NCBI GenBank assembly: GCA_051859245.1
Contig: JBHYGA010000004.1
Coordinates: 964,030 to 1,028,029, forward strand
Source of the DNA: Gemmatimonadaceae bacterium
GTDB taxonomy: Bacteria; Gemmatimonadota; Gemmatimonadetes; Gemmatimonadales; Gemmatimonadaceae
Length of the DNA: 64,000 nucleotides
Direction of reading: 5' to 3'
In this document: piece by piece, positions 55,129-64,000 of the stretch
How the letters are laid out: the number at the start of each line of letters is the position of its first letter
Numbering within the stretch: position 1 is the first letter of the stretch
The notes under the pieces: generated by a model
Database searches by the model: none
What the model was told of the DNA's origin: nothing
What the model saw: the letters and a program-made list of their open reading frames with translations, nothing else
Made by a program: the position numbers and the translations under genes

Positions 55129-56085
55129 GTGCACACTCGAATCTCTCGCGCTTCCGGGCGCCTGGCTCCGCTCATCGTCCTCCTCGCCGCAACCGGCTGC
55201 CTCGACTCGGGCCGTTCACTGCAATGGCAAGACGACGACGCGGCCCCACTCACCGCGACGACGTTCACACGCGACACAGTCGGCGAGCAGCAACTCCGCG
55301 ATCTGCTGCGCGACGTGCTGCGTGCCATGCCCGAAGCGAACGACACACTCGCCACTGGCGCCCCGTTGCCGGTCATCGAGATGCCACCGGCGCCCAACCT
55401 CGCGCTCGGCGATCTCAGCGCGCCGCTCGATTCGCTGCGCTGCGACGGATCGCTGCGTCTTGAGCGCACGCCGCGTGGTGACGTGGCGGTCTGGTGGTCT
55501 ACGCGCGAGAAAGACCGCGTGCATTTGCTCGCCGCGTGGCGCGATGCCAATCAAGCTGAAGGCGCACAAATGTGGCGTGGTCCGATTTATGTGGACACGC
55601 TGGATCAGGGCTCGAGCGATGCGCGCGACGTGTCGAGCGGTGGCGCGGTGGGGTGCAACCGGCCGGCACCCGGTCTGTCGGTGGATGCCGTGAACGGCTA
55701 CGTGCACGTGAGTTACGCACTGGTTGGTCCCGAAGGCCCCGGCATTTTTTACGCGCATCAGATGGACCCGCGCGCGTCCTTCGAACCACCCATGCCTATT
55801 GTGTATGGTGAACGACTCGGCACAGCCCGTGTGGGCTCCGATGGCGAGCTCGTCGCTGTGGCGTACGAAGACCCGAATAGTGGTTCACGTCCGCGGATCG
55901 CCCTCGCGGTGTCACGCACGGCCGGACACATTTTTGAAGGGCGCGTGACCGTGAATGCTGGTCTGAATCCGGCGTCGAATCCGTTTGTGGTCACGCAGGG
56001 TCGCGCGCTGGTGGTAGGCTGGATGGAATCGCCCCCCACAGGTGGTGATACCACGTTTCTTCGTCGACGCGCGGTGACCCGGTAA
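55129..56085 (+). CDS. Hypothetical lipoprotein
   Basis: GTG 55129 gives the lipobox LLAATGC, followed by beta-rich repeats. Track start 54955 overlaps the divergent gene. Confidence 0.65.
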   Translation: MHTRISRASGRLAPLIVLLAATGCLDSGRSLQWQDDDAAPLTATTFTRDTVGEQQLRDLLRDVLRAMPEANDTLATGAPLPVIEMPPAPNLALGDLSAPLDSLRCDGSLRLERTPRGDVAVWWSTREKDRVHLLAAWRDANQAEGAQMWRGPIYVDTLDQGSSDARDVSSGGAVGCNRPAPGLSVDAVNGYVHVSYALVGPEGPGIFYAHQMDPRASFEPPMPIVYGERLGTARVGSDGELVAVAYEDPNSGSRPRIALAVSRTAGHIFEGRVTVNAGLNPASNPFVVTQGRALVVGWMESPPTGGDTTFLRRRAVTR

Positions 56086-56121
56086 CGCGGTAATGCACGC
56101 GCCCACTTCTTCCGCTCTCCC

Positions 56122-57027
56122 ATGAACACGAAGCCACTCCTGCTTGGCGCGCATTGCGCAGACACCGGCGGTATCCCGATGGCGGCAAAACGCGCCGGAC
56201 GCGGTGGCATGCAGGCGCTGCAGATCGTCAGCGCGATTCCAAAGTTTTACAACGACAAAGTGAGTGTGAAGCCGGATCGCATTGCGCGGTTTCAGGCGGC
56301 GCTCGCCGAGTCCGGGATTGATCCGGCCAACGTGATTGTGCATGCCGGCTACGTGCTCAACTGCGCCACGCCCGACGAAGTAAAGTGGGAGCGCGCGAGT
56401 GTCGCGCTGGCCAAGGAGCTGGAGCGCAGTACGGCGCTTGGTGTGGGTGGTGTGTGTTTTCATCCCGGTGCGGCCACGGACGGTGATCGTGATGCGGCGA
56501 TGGCCCGCGTGAGCGACGCCATGAAGCGAGCCCTGCTCGCGGTCCCAGAGGGCACCACGCGTCTGCTGATTGAGAATACGGCGGGCGCTGGCACCACCGT
56601 GGGACGGACGCCGGAAGAAGTGGGTGGCATGCTGTCGGCGCTGCCAAAGGCGCTGCGTGCACGCGCCGGATACGGACTCGATACCTGTCACCTGTATGCG
56701 TCGGGGTACGACCTCGCGCGCTCACGTGACGATGTCACGGCGGTACTCGACGCCTTCGAGGCGGCCACCGGTGAAGCGCCGTCGTTTCTGCATTTGAACG
56801 ACAGTGAGGGTGCGCTGGCGTCGAACAAGGATCGTCACGCGCGCATTGGTCGCGGCGCGATTGGAGAGGACGCGTTTGGCTGGTTGCTGCAGGACAAGCG
56901 CTCGCGCGGCATTCCGTGCGTGATGGAAACGCCGCAGGAGAACGGGGAGCCCGCCGAAGACGATGACACGCCCGACGCGTGGGACGTCGAGGATCTCGCG
57001 CTGTTGCGCACCCTCGCGGAACGCTGA
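56122..57027 (+). CDS. nfo: Endonuclease IV (AP endonuclease family 2)
   Basis: Zn-ligand motifs HAGY, FHPG, ENTAG, DTCH, HLND, DRH, MET. Confidence 0.93.
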   Translation: MNTKPLLLGAHCADTGGIPMAAKRAGRGGMQALQIVSAIPKFYNDKVSVKPDRIARFQAALAESGIDPANVIVHAGYVLNCATPDEVKWERASVALAKELERSTALGVGGVCFHPGAATDGDRDAAMARVSDAMKRALLAVPEGTTRLLIENTAGAGTTVGRTPEEVGGMLSALPKALRARAGYGLDTCHLYASGYDLARSRDDVTAVLDAFEAATGEAPSFLHLNDSEGALASNKDRHARIGRGAIGEDAFGWLLQDKRSRGIPCVMETPQENGEPAEDDDTPDAWDVEDLALLRTLAER

Positions 57028-57225
57028 TTTCGCGAGGGGAAAACACGCGTTGCGCGCAGGTTTTTCGCGTAACTCTGCGCGAAACGTGCGCTCAGAGGGA
57101 AAAATCGCACGTTTCAGAGGGGAAATCGTGAAATGCCCTATTGCGCGGCGTTCGTCTCTCTATAAGCTTGTGGCGCGTCACTGTGTATGTGCGTGACACG
57201 GACCGGTACCCAACCAGGAGAATTC

Positions 57226-57657
57226 ATGGCCCCTGCAAAGAAGTCTGCGAAGAAGGCAGCGAAGAAAGCTGCCCCGAAGAAAGCCGCTGCGAAGAAGGCA
57301 GCCCCGAAGAAGGCCGCTGCGAAGAAGGCAGCGCCAGCGAAGAAGGCCGCTGCCAAGAAGGCGGCTCCGGCTAAGAAGGCCGTTGCAAAGAAGGCCACCA
57401 AGAAGCGCACGCCGAACGCGGCGTTCATGAAGGCGCTCACGCCGTCAGCCGATCTGGCCGCCGTCGTTGGTTCCAAGCCGCTGGCTCGTACCGAAGTGGT
57501 CAAGCAGCTGTGGGCGTACATCAAGAAGAACAACCTGCAGGACGCGAAGAACCGTCGTCAGATCAACGCCGACGACAAGCTCAAGCCGGTGTTCGGTGGC
57601 AAGAAGTCCGTTTCGATGTTCGAAATGACGAAGCTGGTCAGCAAGCACCTCTCCTGA
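57226..57657 (+). CDS. Histone H1-like (Lys/Ala/Pro repeat) + SWIB/MDM2 domain protein
   Basis: AGGAG RBS before ATG 57226. KKAAPKKAAA repeats, then SWIB (RTEVVKQLWAYIKKNNLQD...VSMFEMTKLVSKHL). Confidence 0.92.
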   Translation: MAPAKKSAKKAAKKAAPKKAAAKKAAPKKAAAKKAAPAKKAAAKKAAPAKKAVAKKATKKRTPNAAFMKALTPSADLAAVVGSKPLARTEVVKQLWAYIKKNNLQDAKNRRQINADDKLKPVFGGKKSVSMFEMTKLVSKHLS

Positions 57658-57681
57658 CCATCTTTCAGTACGCGTGATAAG

Positions 57682-57718
57682 GGGGCGTGTCCCACACGGG
57701 CGCGCCCCTTTGTCGTTC
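57682..57718 (+). terminator. Intrinsic terminator candidate
   Basis: GGGGCGTGTCC-CACAC-GGGCGCGCCCC stem with two G-U pairs, followed by TTTGTCGTT. Confidence 0.65.
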
Positions 57719-57751
57719 CCTTGTCGCTCTCTGACTTTTTCCGTTCCCGCC

Positions 57752-58573
57752 GTGGCCTCTGCACCCAAGTCCAAATCCGACGCCCCCACGAACTCCGTGG
57801 CCGCGCTGCGCGGTGGCAAGTCTGCGTCGACTACTTCAAGCAACGCTCCCAAGGGCGCGTCCAAAGGCTCGGCCTGGGAGAACATCAAGGCCGTGTTGTG
57901 GACGCTCGCGATCTTTCTGTTCATTCGCACGTTTCTCTTCGAAGCGTACCGCATTCCGTCGGGCAGCATGATTCCCACGTTGCTGGTGGGTGACTGGCTG
58001 TTCGTGAACAAGCTCGCGTACGGTCCGCATGTGCCGGGCACTGAGATCAACCTGCCCGGCTACACCGAGCCCAAGCGTGGCGACGTGGTGGTGTTCAAGT
58101 CGCCGTATCAGTACGACCAGCCCGAAGATCCGCACCCCACCTTGGTCAAGCGCCTGGTCGCTGTGGCCGGTGACACGGTGTACATGCGCGGCGCGCTCTT
58201 TCACCTGAACGGCACACCGCAGCCGCAGCCCGACGCGATGCGCGAAAATCCGCGGGCTGATGGTTCGTTCAGTGTGCCGCTCTTTGCGTGGCAAAAGCAG
58301 CACGAGATTTCCGGGTCGCGCTTTGGCAATCCGCCGGCCGTCCCAACGCTCGATGACTGGGGTCCGCTCGTGATTCCCGCCGGCTATCTGTTCATGCTCG
58401 GCGACAATCGGTACGACTCCAAGGACGGACGCTACTGGGGCCTCGTGCCGCGCGAGAATGTGCGCGGACGTCCGAGTTTTGTGTATTACTCATACAACGC
58501 GCAGGACAGTGATCGGGCGCTGCCGTTCCTCACGGACATTCGCTGGGGTCGCATCGGTACGGCGATTCGCTAA
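57752..58573 (+). CDS. lepB: Signal peptidase I
   Basis: IPSGSMIPTLLVGD (Ser), RGDVVVF, LVKRLVA (Lys), GDNRYDSKDGRYWG. GTG 57752 lies downstream of the terminator. Confidence 0.95.
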   Translation: MASAPKSKSDAPTNSVAALRGGKSASTTSSNAPKGASKGSAWENIKAVLWTLAIFLFIRTFLFEAYRIPSGSMIPTLLVGDWLFVNKLAYGPHVPGTEINLPGYTEPKRGDVVVFKSPYQYDQPEDPHPTLVKRLVAVAGDTVYMRGALFHLNGTPQPQPDAMRENPRADGSFSVPLFAWQKQHEISGSRFGNPPAVPTLDDWGPLVIPAGYLFMLGDNRYDSKDGRYWGLVPRENVRGRPSFVYYSYNAQDSDRALPFLTDIRWGRIGTAIR

Positions 58574-59694
58574 TGACGTACGTCACGCGCGGCCACGGCT
58601 ACACGCAAACCATTCGCCGCGCGGCGCGCTGTCTGTACGCGCTCCTGCTTGTGGCGGGTGTGACGTGGGTTCCGCGGGTGTCCAACGCGCAGGTGACAAC
58701 GGACACGGCGGCCGGCTTGTTGCCGAGCGGCGAACTCGCGCGTGGTGCGTTGCGGGTGGACACGATGTGGTCGCAGGCGCTCGGCACGCGCAAGCGACTG
58801 GTGGTGTATTTGCCGCCGTCTTACAGCGAGGATACCACGCGACGTTATCCCGTGCTGTACTACCTGCACGGCAAAGGTGGCAACGAGGACAACTGGTTAC
58901 AGCTCACGCGCCTTGATCGCACCATGGATTCGCTGATCGAGCGCGGGCATGGTGAAGCCATTGTGGTGATGCCCGACGGTGACGATTCGTGGTACACCAC
59001 GTGGGCGTCGTTGCCGAACGAAGCCGGCTGCCGCGCTGACACCGCGCGCACCGAACCTGCGGCGCAGTTCTGTGTGCCCTGGCCGCACTACGACGATTAC
59101 ATCGCGCGCGATCTGGTAGCGTTCGTGGATCGCGCCTATCGCACCCGTGCGCAGGCGCGGCACCGAGGCATTGCGGGACTCAGCATGGGTGGGTACGGCG
59201 CGGTCACGCTGGCGCTGCGGTATCCCGATGTGTTTGCGGCCGCGGCCAGCCACAGTGGCGTGCTGGCGCCGGCGTTTGTTGGTCCGCGTCCGTACGCCGA
59301 GCCGGCGCGGTGGGCGCGCACACCGGCTGAGCTGCGGGAAGCGGCGGGTGTGCGGTACTCGTGGTACGAGTCGCGCTTTGGCCGCGATACGATTGGCTGG
59401 TACGCGCGCGATCCTGGGCGGCTCGCAGAGCGCCTGGTGCGGGCGGGGAAGGCCGTGCCCTTGCTGTACATCGATTGTGGCCTGAGCGACCCGTTTATCG
59501 ATCAAAACCGTGCCTTTGCCGCAACGTTGCGCGTCCTTGGGGTGTCCCATGCGTATCGCGAACCATCTGGGGGGCACGATTGGAACTACTGGCGCGCTCA
59601 GGCACCGGGCAGTCTGGTGTGGTTGTTGTCGCACGTGACCCGGGTCGACGCGGTCGCGCCGCCTGGTGCTGGCGCGCGGCGCGATCCCGCGTAG
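58573..59694 (+). CDS. Exported alpha/beta-hydrolase esterase
   Basis: VYLPPSY, YPVLYYLHG, GLSMGG, DCGLSD, GGHDWNYW. Confidence 0.9.
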   Translation: MTYVTRGHGYTQTIRRAARCLYALLLVAGVTWVPRVSNAQVTTDTAAGLLPSGELARGALRVDTMWSQALGTRKRLVVYLPPSYSEDTTRRYPVLYYLHGKGGNEDNWLQLTRLDRTMDSLIERGHGEAIVVMPDGDDSWYTTWASLPNEAGCRADTARTEPAAQFCVPWPHYDDYIARDLVAFVDRAYRTRAQARHRGIAGLSMGGYGAVTLALRYPDVFAAAASHSGVLAPAFVGPRPYAEPARWARTPAELREAAGVRYSWYESRFGRDTIGWYARDPGRLAERLVRAGKAVPLLYIDCGLSDPFIDQNRAFAATLRVLGVSHAYREPSGGHDWNYWRAQAPGSLVWLLSHVTRVDAVAPPGAGARRDPA

Positions 59695-59704
59695 GTTCGC
59701 ACAG

Positions 59705-60178
59705 GTGATCCCTACGCTGCCCTCCGGCACTTATGTGCTGCCACGCTCGCGCCTCACATCGCTGCGCGTGTTCTCGCGCTCCACGCTGGAGCTGGCGGGC
59801 ATTACCGGCGTGCTGGTGCGTCTCTATCGCGCCGTCGTGCTCAGCGGCGACGCCTTCGCGAACTGGCCCATGTTCATTGCCGCGCTTGTGGCGGGCGTGG
59901 TGTTTGTGTGTGCGGTGCTGACGTGGCACCTGAGCAACTTCACGCTGCGTCGCTGGCCCGCGCGGGTGGCGGCGTTTATCGGCATCGAGGTGGCCGCGGA
60001 GTTCGGGATGAGCTCGGTGCTGATTGCGCTGGGCAGGGAGCCGATTGGGAGTGCGATGGCGACCTGGGCGGACTGGTGGCCGCTGGCGGGGCAGACGTTG
60101 TTGGAGCGGGGGTTGGTGATGGGTGGGTACGCGGCGTTGCTGGCGGGGGCGATGTGGGTGGTGACGCGGAGGCGTTAG
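59705..60178 (+). CDS. Hypothetical membrane protein
   Basis: About four TM helices. GTG 59705 follows the esterase stop (track start 59666). Confidence 0.65.
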   Translation: MIPTLPSGTYVLPRSRLTSLRVFSRSTLELAGITGVLVRLYRAVVLSGDAFANWPMFIAALVAGVVFVCAVLTWHLSNFTLRRWPARVAAFIGIEVAAEFGMSSVLIALGREPIGSAMATWADWWPLAGQTLLERGLVMGGYAALLAGAMWVVTRRR

Positions 60179-61413
60179 TCGTTCCGCTCCGCACTTGGCG
60201 AGAGTAGTGCAGGAATGACACGGCGGCCGCAGATCGCGACGGCCATCAACGCCGGAAGAAACGCGAGCGAGAGTGACGGGATCGACGCGGACCCTGGTGG
60301 AAGGAAGCAGCAAACGGCGAGTGCGAACATGCTTATGCGCTCGAACCTTAACCAGCCGCCCTTAGCTGCCTCTTTAGCGAGCAGCGCGATCGGAAAGACC
60401 AGAATCGGCAGCTCGTAGTAAAAAGCATACGGGGTCACAAGCAGTGTTGATGAGCTGAGGGCTGCCAGGCGCAATGCTGGATTCTTCAATCGCGACCAGC
60501 ATGCTACGACGTACACGGCGAGCAGAATCGAGACTACGAGCTGCAATCCCTGAGAAATCGGGAGTGACGCGCCGAGAAGCCGCGCCTGACCAAACGGTGT
60601 GGTCAGCTTTTCGAACGTGAACTGAGCTCTTGTCAAGCGCTCGCTGTGCGCACTCAATGATTCGACAAACGCAAACCACGGCGCTGAACCCCAGAGAGCG
60701 ACAGAGATCGCTGCGATTGCGACAGCGGTGATCGTGGCAACACCGAACGCCTTCCAGCATCGTGCTGCCGCGAATGCGAGAGGGATGAGGAGCCCAAACT
60801 GCGGTTTGATCGTGAGCAGGCCCGCGGCGACGCCGGCAAGCACGGGCTTACTGCTCGCAAAGTAGCCGCTGAGTGCCAGAAGGCTCGCCGTGAGCATGCC
60901 GGTCTGTCCGGTTATCACGGACTGAAAAATTGCCGGAGAGGACACTGACAGAAACAGCGCCAGCTTGTTGTTCCACATCGATCTCAGAGATGTCGCGAAG
61001 AGCAACAGCTGTGATGAGACCCAGGCCGCGAAGGCCCACATGAAAGGAACGAGCGCCAACGGCGCGACCACCAGAAACATCGTTGGTGGATACATCCAGG
61101 CGAGCAGCATCTTTCTCGCTCCCGGATGACGGGTGCCGATGAGCTCTGCGAAGTGATCGAGCGTGTAGACGCGGGTCATGTTGTCCGTCCCGACCACTTG
61201 TGCTGCGGTGCGGAACGCGACAAAATCGCCACCGACAAGATTGCCGAAGCGCGTGACGAAGTCCTCCGCCTGCTGAACAAGTCGTGCGTATTCGCCGTAG
61301 GCGCTGAACACGAAAAGCAACGCGAGCGCCGTGAAAGTCAGCCATATTCGCTCGCCTAGCAGCGACTCAAGAGTAGGGAATCGTCTCTGCTCGTCTTTTG
61401 ACTCAGTTTTCAC
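60175..61413 (-). CDS. GT-C fold glycosyltransferase family 87 (DUF2029-like)
   Basis: GGDFVAF, WMYPP, TGQTG, IKPQFG, TPYAFYYE, many TM helices. GTG 61413 overlaps the upstream stop (GTGA). Confidence 0.85.
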   Translation of the reverse strand: MKTESKDEQRRFPTLESLLGERIWLTFTALALLFVFSAYGEYARLVQQAEDFVTRFGNLVGGDFVAFRTAAQVVGTDNMTRVYTLDHFAELIGTRHPGARKMLLAWMYPPTMFLVVAPLALVPFMWAFAAWVSSQLLLFATSLRSMWNNKLALFLSVSSPAIFQSVITGQTGMLTASLLALSGYFASSKPVLAGVAAGLLTIKPQFGLLIPLAFAAARCWKAFGVATITAVAIAAISVALWGSAPWFAFVESLSAHSERLTRAQFTFEKLTTPFGQARLLGASLPISQGLQLVVSILLAVYVVACWSRLKNPALRLAALSSSTLLVTPYAFYYELPILVFPIALLAKEAAKGGWLRFERISMFALAVCCFLPPGSASIPSLSLAFLPALMAVAICGRRVIPALLSPSAERND

Positions 61414-63191
61414 GACGCATGTTGCCGAGATATCTCCCACCGAGAACGCCACAAGAAAAGCAGAACAAGCGAAGCTGCGCCCAATGCGCTGGCAACTAAA
61501 CCCCAGAACTCAAGAGCAGTACGCACCAAGCGAAACTCGACGCTAGACGTACCCGGAGGTACGCGAACGCTCACCAGTTTGCTTTCGGGATCGTGAAGTG
61601 TTGCGCGATCACCGTCAACTGTGACCGACCATCCGGTGTAGGGGAACTGTCGAAGAACTACTGTGGCGCCTTCCGAGGGAGCGCTAACGAGCGCGCGCGC
61701 GCGTCCGCGACGAAATTCTGCGTTGTACACCTTGGCGCCGTCAAGTGAGAAGACGATCGATGAATCTGAATACGCCTCGACGGGGCCGGATAACCGGTGT
61801 TCAATAACGTCGTTTCGCGCCAGTTCGTAGTGACCATCTTGCTGCGGCATGGGGAAAATGTAGACAGCAAACGCGAAGTTAATGGCCGTAAGGGCCGCAG
61901 CGCTCACGGTCATGCGCGACAATACGCGTAATCGGAAGTTGTGCATCGGTGCGGGTGCCGCGACAAGCATGGCTAAGCTTAGCGGCACTAAAACAGTCAA
62001 AGTGGAAGTAAGGCGCCACGCGAACTGGATCCGATTAATAAGGGGAAACGAGTCCCAAAGTGGCTGGCTGTAAGGATGACAGAGATACAAGACCAGTACT
62101 ACCAAGACGAGAAGCACTTTCGGTTTGACGTCGCCAGTATGGTTCCTTCTTATTGCCCATGCTACGATGGCTAGCACGGGCAATGCTGTTATCAAGAACG
62201 CAGGCAGTATGAGCTGATTTGAGATCGAAAGCACATTAAGCATGTGGTCACCGAAATCGCGCTTCGTATCGGAGAGCACGCTCAGCCTGAGGAAGAGCGA
62301 GTGGCGAACTGTCTCTGCCCGAAACATGGTTTCGTGCGGGGCGTACTCCTGATGAGTGAGCGCAGTACTTAAGTACCAAGAGGCGATCAGCGCTCCGACG
62401 GATGACGCGATAGCCAGCCAACGCAGCTCGCTTCCATCTCGTAGTGCGAGAGCCAAGAAAATCGAGGTGGGAATGGCGATTAACGCAGTAGGAGGATGCA
62501 GCATCAGCATGGTCGCTACGAACACAGCAAGCCACGGCGCTCCCTTGATCCCGCGCGACCGAGTAAGCATTGCGGACCACAGCAGCAGCGGGTACACACC
62601 ACACGCAATAAACTCAACAAACGCGCCCCTAACGACTAGGTTTGCGTAAAAGAGGTAGGGCAACTGCGTGTACACGACTGCGATTAATGCGGCGTCGGCT
62701 CTTCTCGCCCCCAGCTCTCGGGATACGAGAAACGCGCCCGTCGCTCCAAGCAATGCGGCGGATAGAATCGCCAGACCCATGCTGACGTCGACCGAGATCA
62801 GACCGAATCCGAGCGCCCGAAAAAGTGCGCTCAGGAAAAACGCGACTGGGGGGTAGAAATAGAAAGTCGGCGAGCCAAGACCCCTATTCAGGTCTGGCAT
62901 CCAGCGCGGATATGGTACCCCGCCGAATAGTTGCCCGTGGAACGACTCGGTCCACACTCGATAGATCATGCCGTCGAAAGAAAACGGCGGAAGTCCCTGC
63001 AAAGAAACAAGGTATGGGAGGCTGGCGAAGAATATCGGGCCGAGTAGTTGCTTCCACGAATAGTCGTTTGCATCGTGAAGGGAACGTTCGTGACTGGCGT
63101 TAGTCATCTCTGTTCGTGCCGGTGTGAACGACGCAGCGAACTGGCTGCCAAAGGAAACCATGCGATTGCTTGAGCGGAATAAATGCTCCAT
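61410..63191 (-). CDS. YfhO-like / 'PTPS-related domain' multi-pass membrane protein (probable GT-C glycosyltransferase)
   Basis: YPRWMPDLNRGLGSPTFYFYPP, RGAFVE, IQFAWR, FPYTGWSVTVDG C-terminal domain. Alternative start ATG 63107. Confidence 0.78.
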   Translation of the reverse strand: MEHLFRSSNRMVSFGSQFAASFTPARTEMTNASHERSLHDANDYSWKQLLGPIFFASLPYLVSLQGLPPFSFDGMIYRVWTESFHGQLFGGVPYPRWMPDLNRGLGSPTFYFYPPVAFFLSALFRALGFGLISVDVSMGLAILSAALLGATGAFLVSRELGARRADAALIAVVYTQLPYLFYANLVVRGAFVEFIACGVYPLLLWSAMLTRSRGIKGAPWLAVFVATMLMLHPPTALIAIPTSIFLALALRDGSELRWLAIASSVGALIASWYLSTALTHQEYAPHETMFRAETVRHSLFLRLSVLSDTKRDFGDHMLNVLSISNQLILPAFLITALPVLAIVAWAIRRNHTGDVKPKVLLVLVVLVLYLCHPYSQPLWDSFPLINRIQFAWRLTSTLTVLVPLSLAMLVAAPAPMHNFRLRVLSRMTVSAAALTAINFAFAVYIFPMPQQDGHYELARNDVIEHRLSGPVEAYSDSSIVFSLDGAKVYNAEFRRGRARALVSAPSEGATVVLRQFPYTGWSVTVDGDRATLHDPESKLVSVRVPPGTSSVEFRLVRTALEFWGLVASALGAASLVLLFLWRSRWEISRQHAS

Positions 63192-63627
63192 CCATTATTC
63201 GTTTGCAGAACAGCGCAAACGATCATGTAGCATGCTATCCCCGCCTCAGTGGGGAGGATTCTTCTTTCGCAAAACGCCCGGCTATCGGCAGCGGCGGGTG
63301 CAACCCGGCAACAACAGCAGCAAGCGGATTGAAGTACGCGGGAGAGACTTTTTCGGTGTTCAGAATGTGATATGCCTACACGCAAACCTGCAGCGGACAG
63401 TGCCCGGAGAGCAATCGGGTCAACAGTCAAACCGCATCGGCGCCCAATGGTCTCAGCCGACCCAACCGCCGACACCGTACTGTGAGCTAGACAATCGTGA
63501 GACAACGGCGACTATCAAGTTAATTCGGCCACTCGGCAAGGTCCCAAGTGAAGTTGCCGTGGCATCCTTGGGTCGTCTTCTGCATGTTTACGCACCGGCG
63601 TTCGATGTAAACAAGAGACCGAGGTCC

Positions 63628-64000
63628 ATGATTACCGCGTCTGACGGCAAGGCGACTAAGTTCGCAAGTTTCGGAGTGTCGCTGCCACTCATCGCGGTGA
63701 TCGTGACTTTTGTAAGTGCGATTGGGTCTGGCACTGTCCTTAACGACGCTGATACCTACTGGCATCTGGCTGCGGGCCGTTGGATTCTGGAACACAGCGC
63801 GGTCCCGACCTCCGATCCGTTCTCCTTTACCATGTTCGGCGCGCCGTGGACCGCGCACGAATGGGGCAGCGAACTGGTGATGACGCTGCTGTACAGTCTG
63901 GCGGGCTGGCGGGGCCTGCACCTTTTCTTCAGCATGGTGTTCGCTGGGACCGCAGCGTTCGTGACGCGGCAGATGCTTCATCACTTGGAGCCGGTCCACG
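63628..64000 (+). CDS. Probable GT-C-type membrane protein, truncated by the window end
   Basis: Not in the ORF track. GAGG-N3-ATG, then MITASDGKATKFASFGVSLPLIAVIVTFVSAIGSGTVLNDADTYWHLAAGRWILEHSAVPTSDPFSFTMFGAPWTAHEWGSE..., open to the end. Confidence 0.8.
   Translation, partial: MITASDGKATKFASFGVSLPLIAVIVTFVSAIGSGTVLNDADTYWHLAAGRWILEHSAVPTSDPFSFTMFGAPWTAHEWGSELVMTLLYSLAGWRGLHLFFSMVFAGTAAFVTRQMLHHLEPVH

Noticed and set aside
57138..57533. Hydrophobic 'FFAAAFF' minus-strand ORF
   Set aside because: Antisense reading of the Lys/Ala repeats of the SWIB gene.
63520..63999. 159-aa minus-strand ORF
   Set aside because: Shadow of the plus-strand GT-C-like gene starting at 63628.

Overview
High-GC bacterial chromosomal segment with about 48 densely packed CDS. 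The gene repertoire suggests Gemmatimonadota or a similar lineage (inference only). I recognised no rRNA, tRNA, CRISPR array, integrase or transposase. Contents in order: (1) an ECF sigma / membrane anti-sigma / two exported HEAT-repeat protein operon; (2) a TetR + delta-9 desaturase unit with a perfect 20-bp operator-like palindrome; (3) two complete regulator-TolC-MFP-RND efflux cassettes, each with its own palindromic operator candidate; (4) a 12.6-kb minus-strand cluster: XdhC, MocA-like, MerA-like flavoprotein disulfide reductase, TVP38/DedA protein, ECF sigma + zinc anti-sigma, TonB-dependent receptor, YnjBCD-like ABC importer and YnjF-like CDP-alcohol phosphatidyltransferase, which is the best candidate here for an undescribed system; (5) housekeeping genes (prfC, pruA, panB, panC, PanG-like, nfo, lepB, histone-like SWIB protein); (6) a compositionally distinct right end with three GT-C-type membrane glycosyltransferases, one missing from the ORF track. 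Intergenic DNA carries a family of ~190-bp long-arm palindromic elements (four copies in different states of decay) plus two palindromes of similar design but different sequence.
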